From NCBI GenBank assembly GCA_965112155.1, contig OZ218099.1: a DNA stretch of 64,000 nt. One strand, 5' to 3'. The notes under the pieces were generated by a model that searched no databases, was not told where the DNA came from, and saw only the letters and a program-made list of their open reading frames with translations. The position numbers and the translations under genes were made by a program. This DNA comes from Podarcis liolepis (taxonomy: Eukaryota). Of the stretch, positions 14,975-28,752 are shown piece by piece (position 1 is the first letter of the stretch; every line of letters begins with the position of its first letter).

Positions 14975-15477
14975 CAATTCCTGATGCTGCCCTACAATCA
15001 GAACTGCTTAGTTCCTGGGCTCTGGCATCCCGGAAAAGTAGCAAAGAGAGAAGGACACTTTCCCCAGATTCCAAGCTGTGCCTAAATCTCACCTTTTTAG
15101 CAGCTATTAGCAAGAGCATAGCTCACAAACTCCAGTGCCATTTGTCCTGTTTCCCCTGGCAGATGGCACTGGCAAGAGTCAAAAGACGGCAGGCTGCCCT
15201 GTCAGCATGTCATTGCCACTCGGATGCACATGAAAAATAAAGAGATTATTTTACTGCCAGACCCTGGCTGTGAAATGTTGGTGTGTTTCCTTGCGATGAG
15301 TTTCCACGGACCAGTGCCTCTCTGTAAATTGTTCAGAGTTCTTCTGCAGTGAGGGCCATCTTGTGACACCGACACATCCGGAGCATTGTAGCCCCTCTTT
15401 GCTTTGGCTGATTCCCATGTGTATAAGAGGGAAGCCCTGGAGTTACATCTTCTGTCTTATATGTTCTCTATCCTATA

Positions 15478-16314
15478 CAGTGGTGCCTCGCAAGACGAAA
15501 TTAATTCGTGCCGTGAATTTTTTCGTCTAGCGAATTTTTCGTCTTGCGAAGCACGGTTTCCCATAGGAATGCATTGAAAATCAATTAATGCGTTCCTATG
15601 GTCAAAAAAAAGTCCAAACAAAGCCAAATTTGGTACAACAAGAGTTTATTAAGTGCTCTTTAAAGTCACACATACTGTAAAGAGCATTTCAAAATTCAAA
15701 CCCATAATTTTTTAAAAAAACAGCAGAGTGGCCCAATGGTCACAGAAAATCATAAAAATGCAGAAAAAAACACAAGCTTCCAGATTCTTGCAAACCCCGT
15801 CCCCAACTGTTCCCCCAGCCACCCAGCACACAGAAATTCAAATCCAGATTTTTTTTTTAAAAAAAAAGCAGAGTGGCCCAATGGTCACAGAAAATCATAA
15901 AAATGCAGAAAAAAACACACAAGCTTCCAGATTCTTGCAAACCCCTTCCCAACACCAAGTCCTTGAATTCCAAACACCCCAACCCAAAATCCAAAACCCC
16001 CTCAAAAAGTTTTAAAAGCTTAACTAAACAAATGGCTGCAAAAGAAGTTCTGGAAAAGCTTCAAAAATCACCAAAGTCTTTAAAAACCTCAAAAAAGGCA
16101 ACTATGTACACTGCGTTCTATGAGTTGCTCCTCGAAGTCAAGTCGCAACTGTATTAACGGTGTTAAGAAAAAGGAAACAAACTTGCAAGACGTTTTCGTC
16201 TTGCGAAGCAAGCCCATAGGGAAATTCGTCTTGCAAAGCAGCTCAAAAACGGAAAACCCTTTCGTCTAGCGGGTTTTCCGTCTTGCGAGGTATTCGTCTT
16301 GCGAGGTACCACTG
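15478..16314. mobile_element. Tc1/mariner (Tigger/pogo-like) non-autonomous DNA transposon
   Basis: TIRs CAGTGGT(G/A)CCTCGCAAGACGAA, TA TSD at both ends, internal ~110-bp tandem duplication. Confidence 0.9.
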
Positions 16315-18264
16315 TATCCAGAGACAGTCTTTGGAGGATAGGAGGAGATGAGAGTGCTCGTAAGGTGAAGACAGCATCACACTATGGGATCGTTCTCATA
16401 GGTGCAGTCCTTGAAGAACAAATCCTGTTGGATTCAGTGGGCTGAACTTCTGGGTGCAGATGCATAGGAACAGCCAGCAAGAAACACAACGTAGCTTTCA
16501 GCAGGCTTCTTGCTTTCATGGTCACACACTAAAACACCTCACACCAGTCATCTCTCATAAAGGCCCAGACTAATCTGGATTTTCATTACACACTTAATTT
16601 AGGCTCCTCATGGTCCCCAGGCTGAATATACTCATTTTTCCAAGGTCCATTGAGTTTCCTGCTCTTCCATTACCTAAGATAATGCAAACCACTCTGTCTT
16701 CTTTGTCCTCTGTGACCTGGCCACTTGCTTAACTGAACTCTCCCACTGTAGAAATACTCAACATATATAAATATACTGGCACAACCTCGCTGTAGGGTAT
16801 CACATATAAATGAACGGCTTTCTCACAGAATCCTACGGTTAGAAGGGACCCTGAGGAACATCTAGTTCAACCCACAGAAATGCAGGAATATGCAGCTGTC
16901 CCTTACGGGGATCAAACCTGCAACCCTGGCATTGTTAGCACCACTCTCTAACCAACTGAGCATATGTAACTCTGAAACGGGCATAAGAAACTGCGGCACT
17001 CCATACATTTGTTGAACTACAACTCCCATCAGCCCCTGCTAACATGGCCAATAGTCAGGATGATGGGAGTTGAAGTCCAGCGACATTTGAAGACCCTGGA
17101 GGTTATCCATCCCCGTTCTGAAACACCTAAGCATGGCATGATGGCTTGCAAGGATGTAACGCTGGAACCAAATGGTTGCTTCAATGAGAGGATGCAGCTT
17201 ATGCGTTATAGCAGGGCAAGGCCATTGGGACACATGCTGCCCTCCCTCTCACACATTCCTTGGATGGTCAGGCTGTTGCTGTTCTTCTACAGATGCAGAA
17301 TGTTTATATTCAGTAGCACTACTCTGACACTCCAAGATAGACAGCTAACAGGATTAGCTGCCATGTAAAGGCGAGTGGGTGGAGTGGAATGTTTCTTTGA
17401 TACCTTTGGGCTTTTACAGTGAGAATTGTGTGAGAGATTCTTTCTGGCACTATCTTGCAGCCAATTATTTCGGAACAATACACAAGCATTGTTAAAATGT
17501 AATGTTTTCTCTGAATGCATATATTTGGGGAAAATATATTCATTTAATCTGCTTTCCCTCCCCCGCACCCCAATCTGTACTTCCAGGGCTGCCAAGAGGG
17601 TTACAGTCCTGTACGAGGCCCAGAGCTAGATTGGGCTTTCAAAGTACCAGATTTGTTTCCTGGGTAAATAATATTTGGAATGTGGCTCTATTGGAAAGCC
17701 TTATTCGCCATAGAAGGGTAATTAAAGGCACTTCGAAGATAGGCACTTTTGGCAAGACTTGGCTTCCATTCTTTTCCTTTATAAATGAGACAGAAGATGC
17801 CTTTACTCCACACACAACACAAGAATCTCCGTGAAGAGGATACTTGAACTGACAATACATAAATAAACGTATTGCTTGTGTACTGTGTACTGTATATGAA
17901 ACTTAATAAGAATGTACCACTGGACAAATTACTGTAGTTATATGTTGTTCTTGTATTTACATGAAAACCAATAAAAATTATTTGGATTAAAAAAAGAAAG
18001 AAAAAAGCACCAGCATCATTCCAAGCTGTGATTGACAAGTGCTATAGAGAAATTATTAAAATGTTGGAACTCAATGGTGTTAGTGGTTTGTTTGTTTGTT
18101 TGTTTGTTTGGCTAGTTGTCTGCCCCGCCCCCGCCCCCGCCCCCCATTATTATTCTTTTTAAGGAAAATACATATAACACTAAGCATATTTGGCAAAAGT
18201 CCCTAAGCGATTTGCAGAAAACAAAGTCAAATTCTAATAAGAAAGACAACAACAACATTTATTA

Positions 18265-18655
18265 TTTATATCCTGTCTATCTGGCTGGGTTTCCCCAGCC
18301 ACTCTGGGCGGCTTCCAACAAAATATTAAAATACAATAGTCTGTCAAACATTAAAAGCTTCCCTAAACAGAGTTGCCTTCAGATGTCTTCTAAAAGTCTG
18401 GTAGTTGTTTTTCTCTTTGACATCTGATGTAAGGGTGTTCCACAGGGCAGGTGCCACTACCGAGAAGGCCTTCTGCTTGGTTCCCTGTAATTTGGCTTCT
18501 CGCAGCAAGGGAACCACCAGAAGGCCCTCAGCGCTGGACCTCAGTGTCCGGGCAGAACAATGGGCATGGAGATGCTCCTTCAGGTATACTGGACCGAGGC
18601 CGTTTAGGGCTTTAAAAGTCAGCACCAACACTTTGAATTGTGCCCGGAAACATAA
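18265..18655 (-). mobile_element. L2-clade LINE 3' fragment
   Basis: FKVLVLTFKALNGLGPVYLKEHL...AFSVVAPALWNTL...FRRHLK; same 3' UTR as the 30890 copy. Confidence 0.9.
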
Positions 18656-20033
18656 CCAGAATTGTGCCCAGAAATACAAATAAAGATCAGAATACAATAA
18701 AAATCTTGTTTAAAAAAAACTGTTGCTTTAAAACAGCAAGTCGGCAACTGAACAGGACCATACTCTGAAGAGGCCTCAGGAAACAGCAGGAGTTTTAAAG
18801 GAGATGTCTGAAACATCCAACAGATGGAGCACCAAAAGTCTTGGGCTGTAAGCTGAGGATTCGGGGGCGGGGGCAGATTTCCTTCTCTTAGGAAGCAACT
18901 ATGTTGAAGTCTGGGGAGATATTTTACTGGTATAATTGAACGCAACTCAGTTTCATACAAGTGCTGTGAAGTCCCCACTCTCTTGCCTCAAACGAAAGGT
19001 TAGGATGTTCCTCAGACCTTGTGTGGAAAACCTCTGACTGTCCAGATGTTGCTGAACTACAAATTCCTATCAGCCATATAGCCAGTGGCCATAGGGATTG
19101 TGGGAGTTGTAGTTCAGGAACATCTGGAGGGCCAAGTTTTCCACACTCCTGCCTTAGACCCTGGGAAATGGCCACAGGGTGTGTTGGATGTGCTGCCTGC
19201 CATTAGCAGTCTGAGTGGAAAGGTCTTCTCCTCCCCCCTGCTTGCACCAGAGATCCCAGGACCCTATTATGTGGGAAGAAGCTTCATTTCATCCAGTCAG
19301 CTGTGTGGAGGTGAGCTGCACCTGTTTGAAATGTGGTATAATTTTCTGACTCAGAAAAGATGTTTACATGGCCATACACCAAAAGTGTGTGGGCTCAACT
19401 GCATGCAATGTTGATGTTCCGTGATCAGAGTCTCCCACGGTTTTTACTCAGAAACAACTGCAGTGATGCTGCTAATTTGAGTGGAGAAGAAACACTGGAG
19501 CAGAGGCAAAACCTGTATTTCATTTCCCTGACCTAAATCCCCTGTTCCCAAAGTTGCTATTAGTGATGGGAAAGACCAGTGTGGTGACTTTGGTAAAGAA
19601 CTAAGCATGTAATAGTACATGTTGCCCTTGAGCCACAATTCCCTTGACTGAAAGCTCTAAAGAGGAAGCACAGAAGTCCAGGGCTGGCTTGCAGCACCGA
19701 CCTACCAGAGACAGAACTGAGTTAATAAACTGGATGAGAACCCAGCTGACACACACTGAACAGCATAGCCAGCTTCAGTTCAGGGTCTGTCACCTTATTG
19801 GCTGTGAAGAAGAACTCAAGCCGGGTGGCATAGGAGTCCCATTTCCCTGGAATCATGGTGTCAAATTCCTCGATGTGGCCCTGGGTGGCCATGACGTCCA
19901 CTCTGTGATCTGCCTTGTGGCTGCAGTCAGTGATTTCAGCTCAGCTGAGGCAACAGCTCCCCAGCAGTGATTTCAGCTTGTGGAAGCTAGTGAGGGCTGC
20001 ATAACTAGCCTAGCATCCCACCTTCATCACCAG

Positions 20034-20354
20034 TGAAGTGTAGGTGGGTTCCCACGAGGCAAGACACAGTGATAACAGCAAGAACCTTTACTGAACTACA
20101 TAACCGGGAAACAGAGGCAAAGCAACTGCTTATATACATTTCTGAAAGCCTGGGCCACTCCCACTCCCAATGTGACTGGCTGTCTAAAACTTCCAAACTG
20201 TGAATTGTGACTCAGAGCTCAAGGGCCAATGGCAGAGGCCCAAATCCTGAAATGTTCTGTGATTGGACAACTTGTATTGAATCAGAACACAGGAGCTCAG
20301 AATCCTTAGTCCAGACTCAAGCTCAGGCAAACACAGACCACTGAATACATAACA
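20034..20354 (-). mobile_element. Solo LTR
   Basis: TG...CA termini (minus strand TGTTATGTATT, similar to the 44613 LTR); CCAG TSD at 20030-20033 and 20355-20358; TATATAAG and AGTAAA on the minus strand. Confidence 0.75.
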
Positions 20355-23146
20355 CCAGCATAGCTTAGGGAGACTTTCTCCTGGCCAAATGTTTCTCCCT
20401 GACCATTCAGACCACAGGAATCCACCTTATCAAGTCAGAGCATGACTTTACCCAGCTCCTCAGACTATTATCCACACTGACTGGCAATGGCTCTCTGGGT
20501 GTCAGACAGATTTCCTCTGTCTTCCTTGGATGTATCAAGGACTGAACCTGCTACCTCTTCCATGAAAAGTATGTGTTCTATCACCAAACTTTAACATTTC
20601 TTCTCCATGTTCCTCCATTTGCTGGAGAGAAATCAAGCAGAGCACTGAGTCAGACCTTCTCCATGGTGGCTTCTATTCTGGAACTCTTCACCTGGGCAGA
20701 TCCTGCAGGCAAACCTTCCACTAACACGCAAATCCATTTTTGTATCAAAACAAAAACAAACAAAAAACTCTCCTTCTCCTGCAAGGATGATCATCTTTGG
20801 TTCAAGATTGGTTCATGGAGGGAGGAGGGAATCTTCTAACTCAGTTGATGCCACTGTTATTTTAGTCTCTCATGCAAACATGCACACACCTATTACCTGC
20901 TTTAATTGCAGTATTTATTGATTCTATATTTTATATATTTTTTAAATTTAAAATGTATAATGCTTTCCAAGTGCTTTTACCCAAACCAGCTAATATATGT
21001 TAATATCTAGTCAGTACCCTTTGTTTCTTTCAGCATATTGTATCTCCAAGCTAGTACAAAGATCCCTCCTGCTTTTGATGCTGAAGATGCATTAAAGAAG
21101 CCCTGAATGACCTTTCCTTTCTCCTCTGTGCCACCGAGCAGCACAAGGTGCTTGCAATTTGACCTGTTGGGCATCCCATCTCTTCAGCTCAATGGAGCAT
21201 AGCCTCTCATGGTTTCTGCTTGACAGATGCTTGCTGTAGCCCCTTCTGACCTTACCAGGACCCTGTAACTTACAAAATGTAGCTGCCACTTCACACTTTT
21301 CTTACCGGGTCACAATCTGTTTTCTCAGCGCATCTTTCTAACAGTGCACAAAGCAGATGGGAGCAGACGTTTTGTTATCTTCACCTAAATTGACCCATAG
21401 AGGCTATGAAGGTTGAAGTGAAATGTTATTATTCCAGGAAAGGAGGAAGATGGAGCTGTAAAGTGGGAAATTATGTACAGAAAGAGACAAGATCAGTGCA
21501 CAGGTGTGCACGCACACACATATATAATTATGAGTTGGGGGTGGTTAGGCTGAGGAAAGCAGAGGGGCACAGCAGTAGCAAGGTTGGCGTGGTGCAAACC
21601 CATCAGCAGGAGCATCAGATTGCTTCAGCTGGTGTGTTTGTACCATGCCAACTTTGCTGCCACTTTGTCTCTCAGGGCAGACCTACACTGAGGGTGGGAG
21701 GAGGGTGTAATACTCCTGGGAATGTACCACTTCGGAATGCAGGTAGGAATTGAAATAGATAAATACCACAGTTGGGGAAGTGCATGGCTGAATGTTCTTC
21801 CATATTTAAAAACAACAACAAACATTAAAATATTTATACATTGTAGAATAGATGTCAAGCGAAAGAATTCTATCCCAATATTTTTGTATTTGCTGGGATG
21901 GGGTGTTTTATGGGAAGCAATCTCAAATGGTACAGTCTAAAAACAGATTTACCACCTCATCTGCCATAAGAGCCATAGAAAACTACTCACGTTAAGAAGA
22001 ATTTGGGGTTAGAATTCTTCTCATAGATAAGATATTTGGGGCATTGCATTGGTATAGTCCCAGGAACTAGAATTGCCCAAGGAGGCCTAGTCTTTCTATC
22101 TGTACTCAAGTCCCATTGGTTTCAATAGAACTTACACCCAAGGATGTGTGCCCAGACAAGCAGCCACAGCATCCTCCATCAGAGAAAAGGAAGTTGTCAA
22201 AACCTTGTCTGCTCCAGGGATCCTAATGCTAGCCAGCCAAAGTGCATCTTCTGTTCTCTGTTGCCATAGAAACAGGCAAAGGCCTTTAAAACATTGCACA
22301 AGGGGAATGTGTCGGTCATACAATAGAGTGGGCCACTATTCTAGAGTGATAATAAACTCAGGGAATTGGGAATTTGACAGGAATGGGGGAGGGGAAAATA
22401 ATAAAACAAGCACCGTGAGAAGGTATAACGAGGTCGGAAATGAAAATAAAAAGCAACTGAACTATTAGTTCTTGCTTTAGGGTTCAAGCAAGGCAGAGAA
22501 ATACTAGAGAATTAACTGGAATGATGGGTCCCTAAAGAATGAGGATAGGACTATGAAGCCAGTTGCATTGACTGTCTCCAGGGGCTGCTGGATCTCAAAC
22601 ATTATCTTCCTAGGCCAATCATTCCAAGGTGATTAGATCTGTAAAACTAGCTGGGAGAGGAGAGGGTGGGAGGAGAGGAGAGGGTGGGAGATTTCATTTC
22701 ACATTAAGAACCACAGGCTTAAAATATCAACGGAAGAGCAAAAAAATGTAAAAATATGGAAACGCTCATAGAACAAAGATAACTCTCCAGTGTATTCAAG
22801 AAGAAAGCCTGCCTTTGTTCTTGAATAAAATATGCCATCTTCTATAATTGAAGGGAAATAAGACATTGATTCTTTCCAAAACTGATAATATTATTTCTGC
22901 CAACAGTATCTAGGGGAAGGAAAGAAGCATACCGATTGGAACAGAAATGAAGTCATGATTTCAAGCTCTAAATGTGGATACTTTTTCTTTTCTTTATGCA
23001 GGTTCTAAATCCTCATAACCAGAACCACTGCATCGCTTTCAGACCTTTATGAAACATTGATTGCTATGCACACACGCCAGTATGAGGACAGATTGTGCCT
23101 ACCTGAAGATCTTTTGGACTTCAGCACCTTTCCTTATCTGGCACTT

Positions 23147-23413
23147 AGGGCCGGCCCATCCATGAGGCAAGGTGAGAAGTTGCCTGAGGCAGTGGACTGG
23201 GACTCAAGAAGCTCGCCACTTCCTTCTGTGCAGTGGTGCCACCACCTCTGCTGCAACCACACCCCACTGCCACCTCCTCCTCTGTGGGTGCCCCCTGCAG
23301 CAGTCGGGACATGCCAGCGATGGTGAACATGGCTGAAGAGAAGGTGGTGGCAAGCATCAGTAAGGCTGTTGTTGTTTTTTGCCTCAAGCGGCAAAATGTC
23401 CCGGGCCGGCACT
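23147..23413. mobile_element. Degenerate hAT-like element
   Basis: AGGGCCGGCCC ... GGGCCGGCACTG inverted termini; TSD not clear. Confidence 0.5.
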
Positions 23414-24136
23414 GTTAGAATAACCAGGATAATTTATTGGCGTTGCTGACTTTTACTTTTCTTTTAGCTGCAGCCAGGTCATTTCCCCAAGCAGCAGCTC
23501 TCTAGTTTGCCCTGATTTGCAGATATATTTAAATGTGAGCCTTGTGGTTCATCTCTCCCTCCTCCTCCCTCCTTCCCCACTCCCGTTTTCCTTTGCTAGC
23601 TGTCCTTTCCCTAATTGTGCTGCGGTTTGAGATGTAATTTACATCTCAACATCCTCCTGGCTTCGACAAGCAGGATTCCTCATACCGATTTAATCACCTC
23701 ATTATGTCAAACAAGTTGCTGTTATTTCTCTCAGCACTAATAGGTGCCAATTTACATGCCTTGGTAGCATGGAAGGTCCCTTGCTAAGCTCTAACGCCCA
23801 TTTATCAGAGTGGCCTCCCATACAAGACATCTCCACCTGCTTCGTGGAGGGTCATTGCAGAAGGACCTGCAAAGAAAGCTTGCTCCTGGCCACACTTTTC
23901 TTTTGAAATGCCTCCCAATTCTGATTTAACAACCACCGTGGGTGGTAGCAGTTATGTAACCCGTGGAAGTGGGTGTGGTAAATAGCAGTGTTTGTTGTAG
24001 ATACATTGCAGGTTCTAACTACTGCATGAAGTATAGCTAGAGTACTAGTCTGTAGTCTGGGGGCAGTGGTGGGGAGCAGATCTAGATTTTTCAGTTCAGA
24101 TTTTCAAAACATGGAATAATATACTTGTAGAGTTGT

Positions 24137-24630
24137 TGTCAGGGACTGGACTGAGGAAGAATGGTGGAGGCCCCCCCCCTTCTCCTGAACCTTCCTGAGA
24201 ACAGGAGGACATTATAGATTTAGAACAGTGGTTTGCAGAAGGGCATCGTTCAGAGGCTGCAGATGGGAGACTCTGGGAAATATTGGAAGAGGAACAGAAG
24301 GAAGAAGCAGCACCAGGGGAGAGACATCTGGCAGACTCAGTGTCTTTGGAAAGCATTCCTGAACTCTCCTGCCCCTGCCCAGGACCAGGCAAGCATTGAA
24401 GGTAGTAGAAACAGAGCTCAGAGGCAGAAAGCTCAAGTTAGCCAGTGCAGGGGTGCCGTAGAATAGGAGAGAAATGGGGGGATGGGACTTTATTTGGAGC
24501 AACACCATTATTTAGGGAAGACTGCATTCCTTCATCTCTCTGTGTGAATAAATTATGTGGTAAGAACTTTTATTGTTTCTCTGCTTCTTGGCTGCTACAG
24601 TCGGAGGGATCAGATTCCCCGAAGCCCAGC
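24137..24630 (+). mobile_element. Probable solo LTR-like repeat with purine-rich body
   Basis: TGTCAGGGACTGG start shared with 42593; AATAAA at ~24547; 3' end and TSD not resolved. Confidence 0.5.
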
Positions 24631-24839
24631 AATTGGATGTATTACCCTTTTTGGATGCTAGTAACCCTGTTTGCTGAATGATACTGGAAGTTCTGGAGGT
24701 TTTGGAATATCACCGACCACATGCTGCACGCATAAAGCATCCTTATGCTGGTGTTATTATGTCATATCTGTGGGTATGCATGGCCTAAAATGCAGGTGGA
24801 CTTTTCCAGACAGTGGCCGAATCCAATCAGGTTCTAGAG

Positions 24840-24975
24840 CAGGCATAGACAAACTCAGTCCTCCAGAAATTTTGGGGCTACAACTTCCATCATCCCTAGC
24901 TAACAGGACCAGTGCTCAGGGATGATTGGAATTGTAGTCCCAAAACATCTGGAGGGCCAAGTTTGCCTATGCCTG
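24840..24975. mobile_element. Palindromic hAT MITE (degenerate relatives at ~3590, 5065, 11035, 11598, 17000, 19015, 29255, 40315, 43850, 51601)
   Basis: CAGGCATAG..AAACT / AGTTTGCCTATGCCTG TIRs; TSD TTCTAGAG/GTCTAGAG; ACTACAACTCCCATCATCCC core. Confidence 0.85.
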
Positions 24976-26061
24976 GTCTAGAGAAGAGTCTGCTCAAGAA
25001 AGATTGCCTTGAATTGGACACTACCTATATGCAAGATTGCTATCAGGTTTCTAGGTGTTTTATTTGATTTTCATTCCATTTCCATAAAATCTAATATATT
25101 TGCTTCCTAATTATATTTTTGTCCAACATGAGGTTTTGGAATAGATGGTTTCTTTTCAGAAGGATTAACATTCATGTGGGTGTTAAATTTCAAAATAAGA
25201 AAAATCCTCCGCAGAGAAGTGACATTTGCTCCCACACCCCCAGACTGAAGAATTCAGGCAGCATATGAGATTAATAATGACCAATATTTTGCACAATTTA
25301 ACAGGCACCTGAAAATTAGCAGAAACTAATTTGCAACATCTCATTCCACCAGCTAACACAGATTTCTTAATACTTAAGGTGAGAGCTGGGAGGACCTCCT
25401 GCTTTCTCAGAGCCATACTGCGCATTTAAAGTAGACGAGTTTCCCCCTTACATAGCCACAGTTCCCAAAACTGAGAGCTTTGTGTGCTTTAAATAATCTT
25501 AGTTGGGTGCCTCCATCTTGGCTCCAAGCATCCGATCGGTTAGTCAGCTGAGTCGTATTTTTTGTTGCTTGTTTACCTCAAGGATGTGCCAAGAAGGCAA
25601 CTGATTGCCTCGACAAATCGCAGCTGGAGAACCTGCCGTGAAACCAGTGGTGCTGTCAGGGCAGCACACCAGGACCCTGCTCAGGACAAGGAGGGTCATT
25701 GCAGGACAAATGAGGACAAGGGCTCCCAAATGCAGCAGGTCTGGCTTGCCACATTTTGAAAAATGCGAAGTAGTGCACATTGCCATTGAAAGTGGTGAAT
25801 GAGACCATTTAGCCCTGAGCCTAAAACAACCAAACTGCAGCTCTCCGTGAAGCAATGAGGAGGCCCCTAAGGATTTCTCCTGGCTCTCTTCTTCAGGTAA
25901 AAAAAGCTTTCACCACTAAGATGCCTCAGCAACCTCACTAGGGTAGACCAAATCAGACTGAATTGCACAAAACCTCATCCCAGTAGGTTTTTAAAACAGT
26001 GTGGAATAGGGAAAAGACCAGCTGTGAGAATTATGCCTGAAATTCCAACAAAACTCTAATA

Positions 26062-26310
26062 CAGTGGTACCTCAGGTTAAGTATTTAATTCGTTCCGGAG
26101 GTCCGTTCTTAACCTGAAACTGTTCTTAACCTGAGGTAATATTTCTTAGCTAATGGGGACTCCTCCTGCCGTCGCATGATTTCTGTTCTCATCCTGAAGC
26201 AAAGTTCTTAACCCGAGGTAATATTTCTGGGTTAGTGGAGTCTGTAACCTGAAGCGTATGTAACCTGAAGCGTATGTAACCCGAAGCGTATGTAACCCGA
26301 GGTACCACTG
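26062..26310 (+). mobile_element. Tigger-like MITE
   Basis: CAGTGGTACCTC TIRs, TA TSD, 16-bp subterminal repeats GCGTATGTAACC(T/C)GAA. Confidence 0.9.
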
Positions 26311-28592
26311 TATATCAGTGGCTGACCTATAATGCTGCATCTTTGGGGAAGGGACAGAACTGCCACAATGGAGGAAAGATGCCCTCAAGGAGCAACCCCC
26401 ACCCTTTAAAACTGAGCTTCTCCTCATGGCCTGCTAATTTTGCACAGCATCTGGTACTGGGGTGGGGCAGCTCTGTCTCCTCAGCCCACAAGCCTTGAGC
26501 TAAGGGGGTGGCAAAACAAGAAGCTGTGCTTTCCCTGGAAGCTGTGCCCAGATTCCTGGTTTGCCTCCGCTTCTCCCACTTTCAGGACAATGACTCCTGA
26601 ATAGTGGGTTCAGGATTAAGGCTTCTTAGAAATGGCGAGCTGAACTCCCAGTGAAAAGGAGAACTGAGTCCAGTATGAATCCGTTTTCTGCTTCCTCCTC
26701 CCCCCTCCCCCCACCCTTCCTTGTTCGACAGCAAGGCATTTCTCAGAATACCAAAAGCTAAAATAATGAGACCTGCTCCTTCAGCTGCCTTCTTCACCCC
26801 ATCCTTCTCAGTGACCCACTTGTGGCACCCGGTGCAGTTAAAAATAGGAGGAGAGAGCAGTCGATGGTAAATCTTCAGCTAATTTCCAGTCCCTTCGGGA
26901 GTGCCTTCCTGGCTTCACGCATTAAATAGGCTTATGGAATCTGGATGTGCAAGTTCAGTTACTTGAATTTCAGATCGAAGGACAAAGGAGGATTTTGGAG
27001 TTGGGTGAGAAATTGGGGGAGGGTCAGGAGGAGTGGGTGGGCATCAAAGCAACAGCTGTCGGCTCTCCAGTTTTTCTTAGGGCACCCTCACATATGGCAT
27101 TCAGTGACAATTGACCCATTCCCCACCCCCCCCACCCCAAGAACATTGACTCAGTAGTCTGCACCTGGGAATGTGCTGAGGAGTAAGTGAAAGCAGAAGA
27201 TAACCCTCTGGAATGCAAATGAAATCCCTGTTAACAACATGTGCCATTTTTAAATTGAATTATTTTGTTGATGTCTGCCGGTCGTGTTTTTGTGACTGCA
27301 ACAAGCAATCTTGCTAATGCACATTTTCATTCTGCCTTTTGCCGTTCTGGTCCCCCTTTGCCATTTATCACTCCCTTGGTTACTTATTGCCTCTCGTTCC
27401 TACTGCTTTTTTAAAAACATAAACACACTTTTGTCTTCAAAGGTAATTAGCCCTTTACATGCCACACAGACTCACAAGAAGCCTGTGCTTTGTTCTGGGT
27501 GGATTACAAAAGCTCCAGCTAAGCAGTGTCTGGGCTGCGCAAGTGAAAAGTGGTGAAAATATACAGTATTTTTGAAAGGGGTCGTGGGAGATTTTCTCTA
27601 ATTTAAATTACATGATGATGATGATGATGATGATATCATCCAACCAGCTGCAGGATATTCCAAAAAAACACATTCATCCTCTCTTCCAACAGTGCCATTT
27701 TTACTCTTTTCTGCATGGTGCAAAATGATAAATATTCATCTAGCCTTCTAATTCCAAGTCATCCAAAGCTGGCTGGCAAAGCATATATAAATAAACCTTG
27801 AGTTGGTGCTTCCCAAAGTAGGTTACATCCACCCACATGTTTCTGAAAAGGTGTCATTCCAATTCATATCCTGGAGAAAGCTATGGGAGGAAGAGTGAAA
27901 CTGATATGACACTTCTAATTCCATCTCGCCGGAAATGACATCAGTATTATCATGCATGTCAACAAACTGGAACACCAGAAGCAGATCAGAGTCACTCAGA
28001 GGCCCTGCTTTCTAAGCGGCACCAGGGCTATCCATGGAACATGGACAGGAGCACTTGTCCAGGTGATGTGCTGAATGGGGCCGCCTTAGGCCAGGGGTAG
28101 ATTGATACACACACACACATTCATACGGGCAGCTCTTCATTTCCAAGTACAGAAAATATGAGGTAGTGTGGTTGGCTGATTAACAACCACCACCTGTCAA
28201 GTGGCAGCAAAGGCTGCAAAGCTTATGATAGCTGCACATGGTTCACAGTAGGGAGTCCTGACTAACCACTGTGCCTGTGTGCAAAATATAGAATCATAGA
28301 ACTGTAGAGTTGCAAGGGACCCCAAGGATCATGGAGTCCAATGCAGGGATATGCAGCTGTCCCATATGGGGGTCAAACCTACAACCTTGGTGTTATCAGC
28401 ACCACGCTCTGACCAACTGAGCTAATGCCAATCCCACTGCTGTGGTTTTTTGTTGTTGTTGTTTTTTGCAGATTAGGGAATCGCAGTTGCTTAAAGAATG
28501 GCATGCAGTGCTGGGGCCAAAAGCACGTGGAGGCAACCATCTGATACATGCAAAACCATTGTTAACTCCTAAAGACAGCACAAAACACACAG

Positions 28593-28752
28593 ACATAGGA
28601 AGCTGCCTTATGCTAAGCCAGACCATCAGTCCATCTAGCTCAATATTGTCTACACTGACTGGCAGCAGCTCTCCAGGATTTCAGACTGGGGACACTCCCA
28701 GATGCCTACCTGGAGACGCCAAAGTTTGAACCTGGGACCTTCTGCATGCTAA
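28593..28752 (-). mobile_element. tRNA-derived SINE remnant (related copy at 20415-20590)
   Basis: GAACCTGGGACCTTCTGCATGC tRNA-like end and CATAGGAAGCTGCCTTAT..CAGACCAT tail, shared between the copies. Confidence 0.55.

Noticed and set aside
14703-15240. Long ORFs containing X runs
   Set aside because: Artefacts of the N gap
26240-26300. Regularly spaced 16-bp direct repeats
   Set aside because: MITE subterminal repeats without spacers; eukaryotic DNA, not CRISPR
28355-28424. tRNA-Ile-like sequence on the minus strand
   Set aside because: Head of a multi-copy SINE with a CR1-type tail; not treated as a tRNA gene
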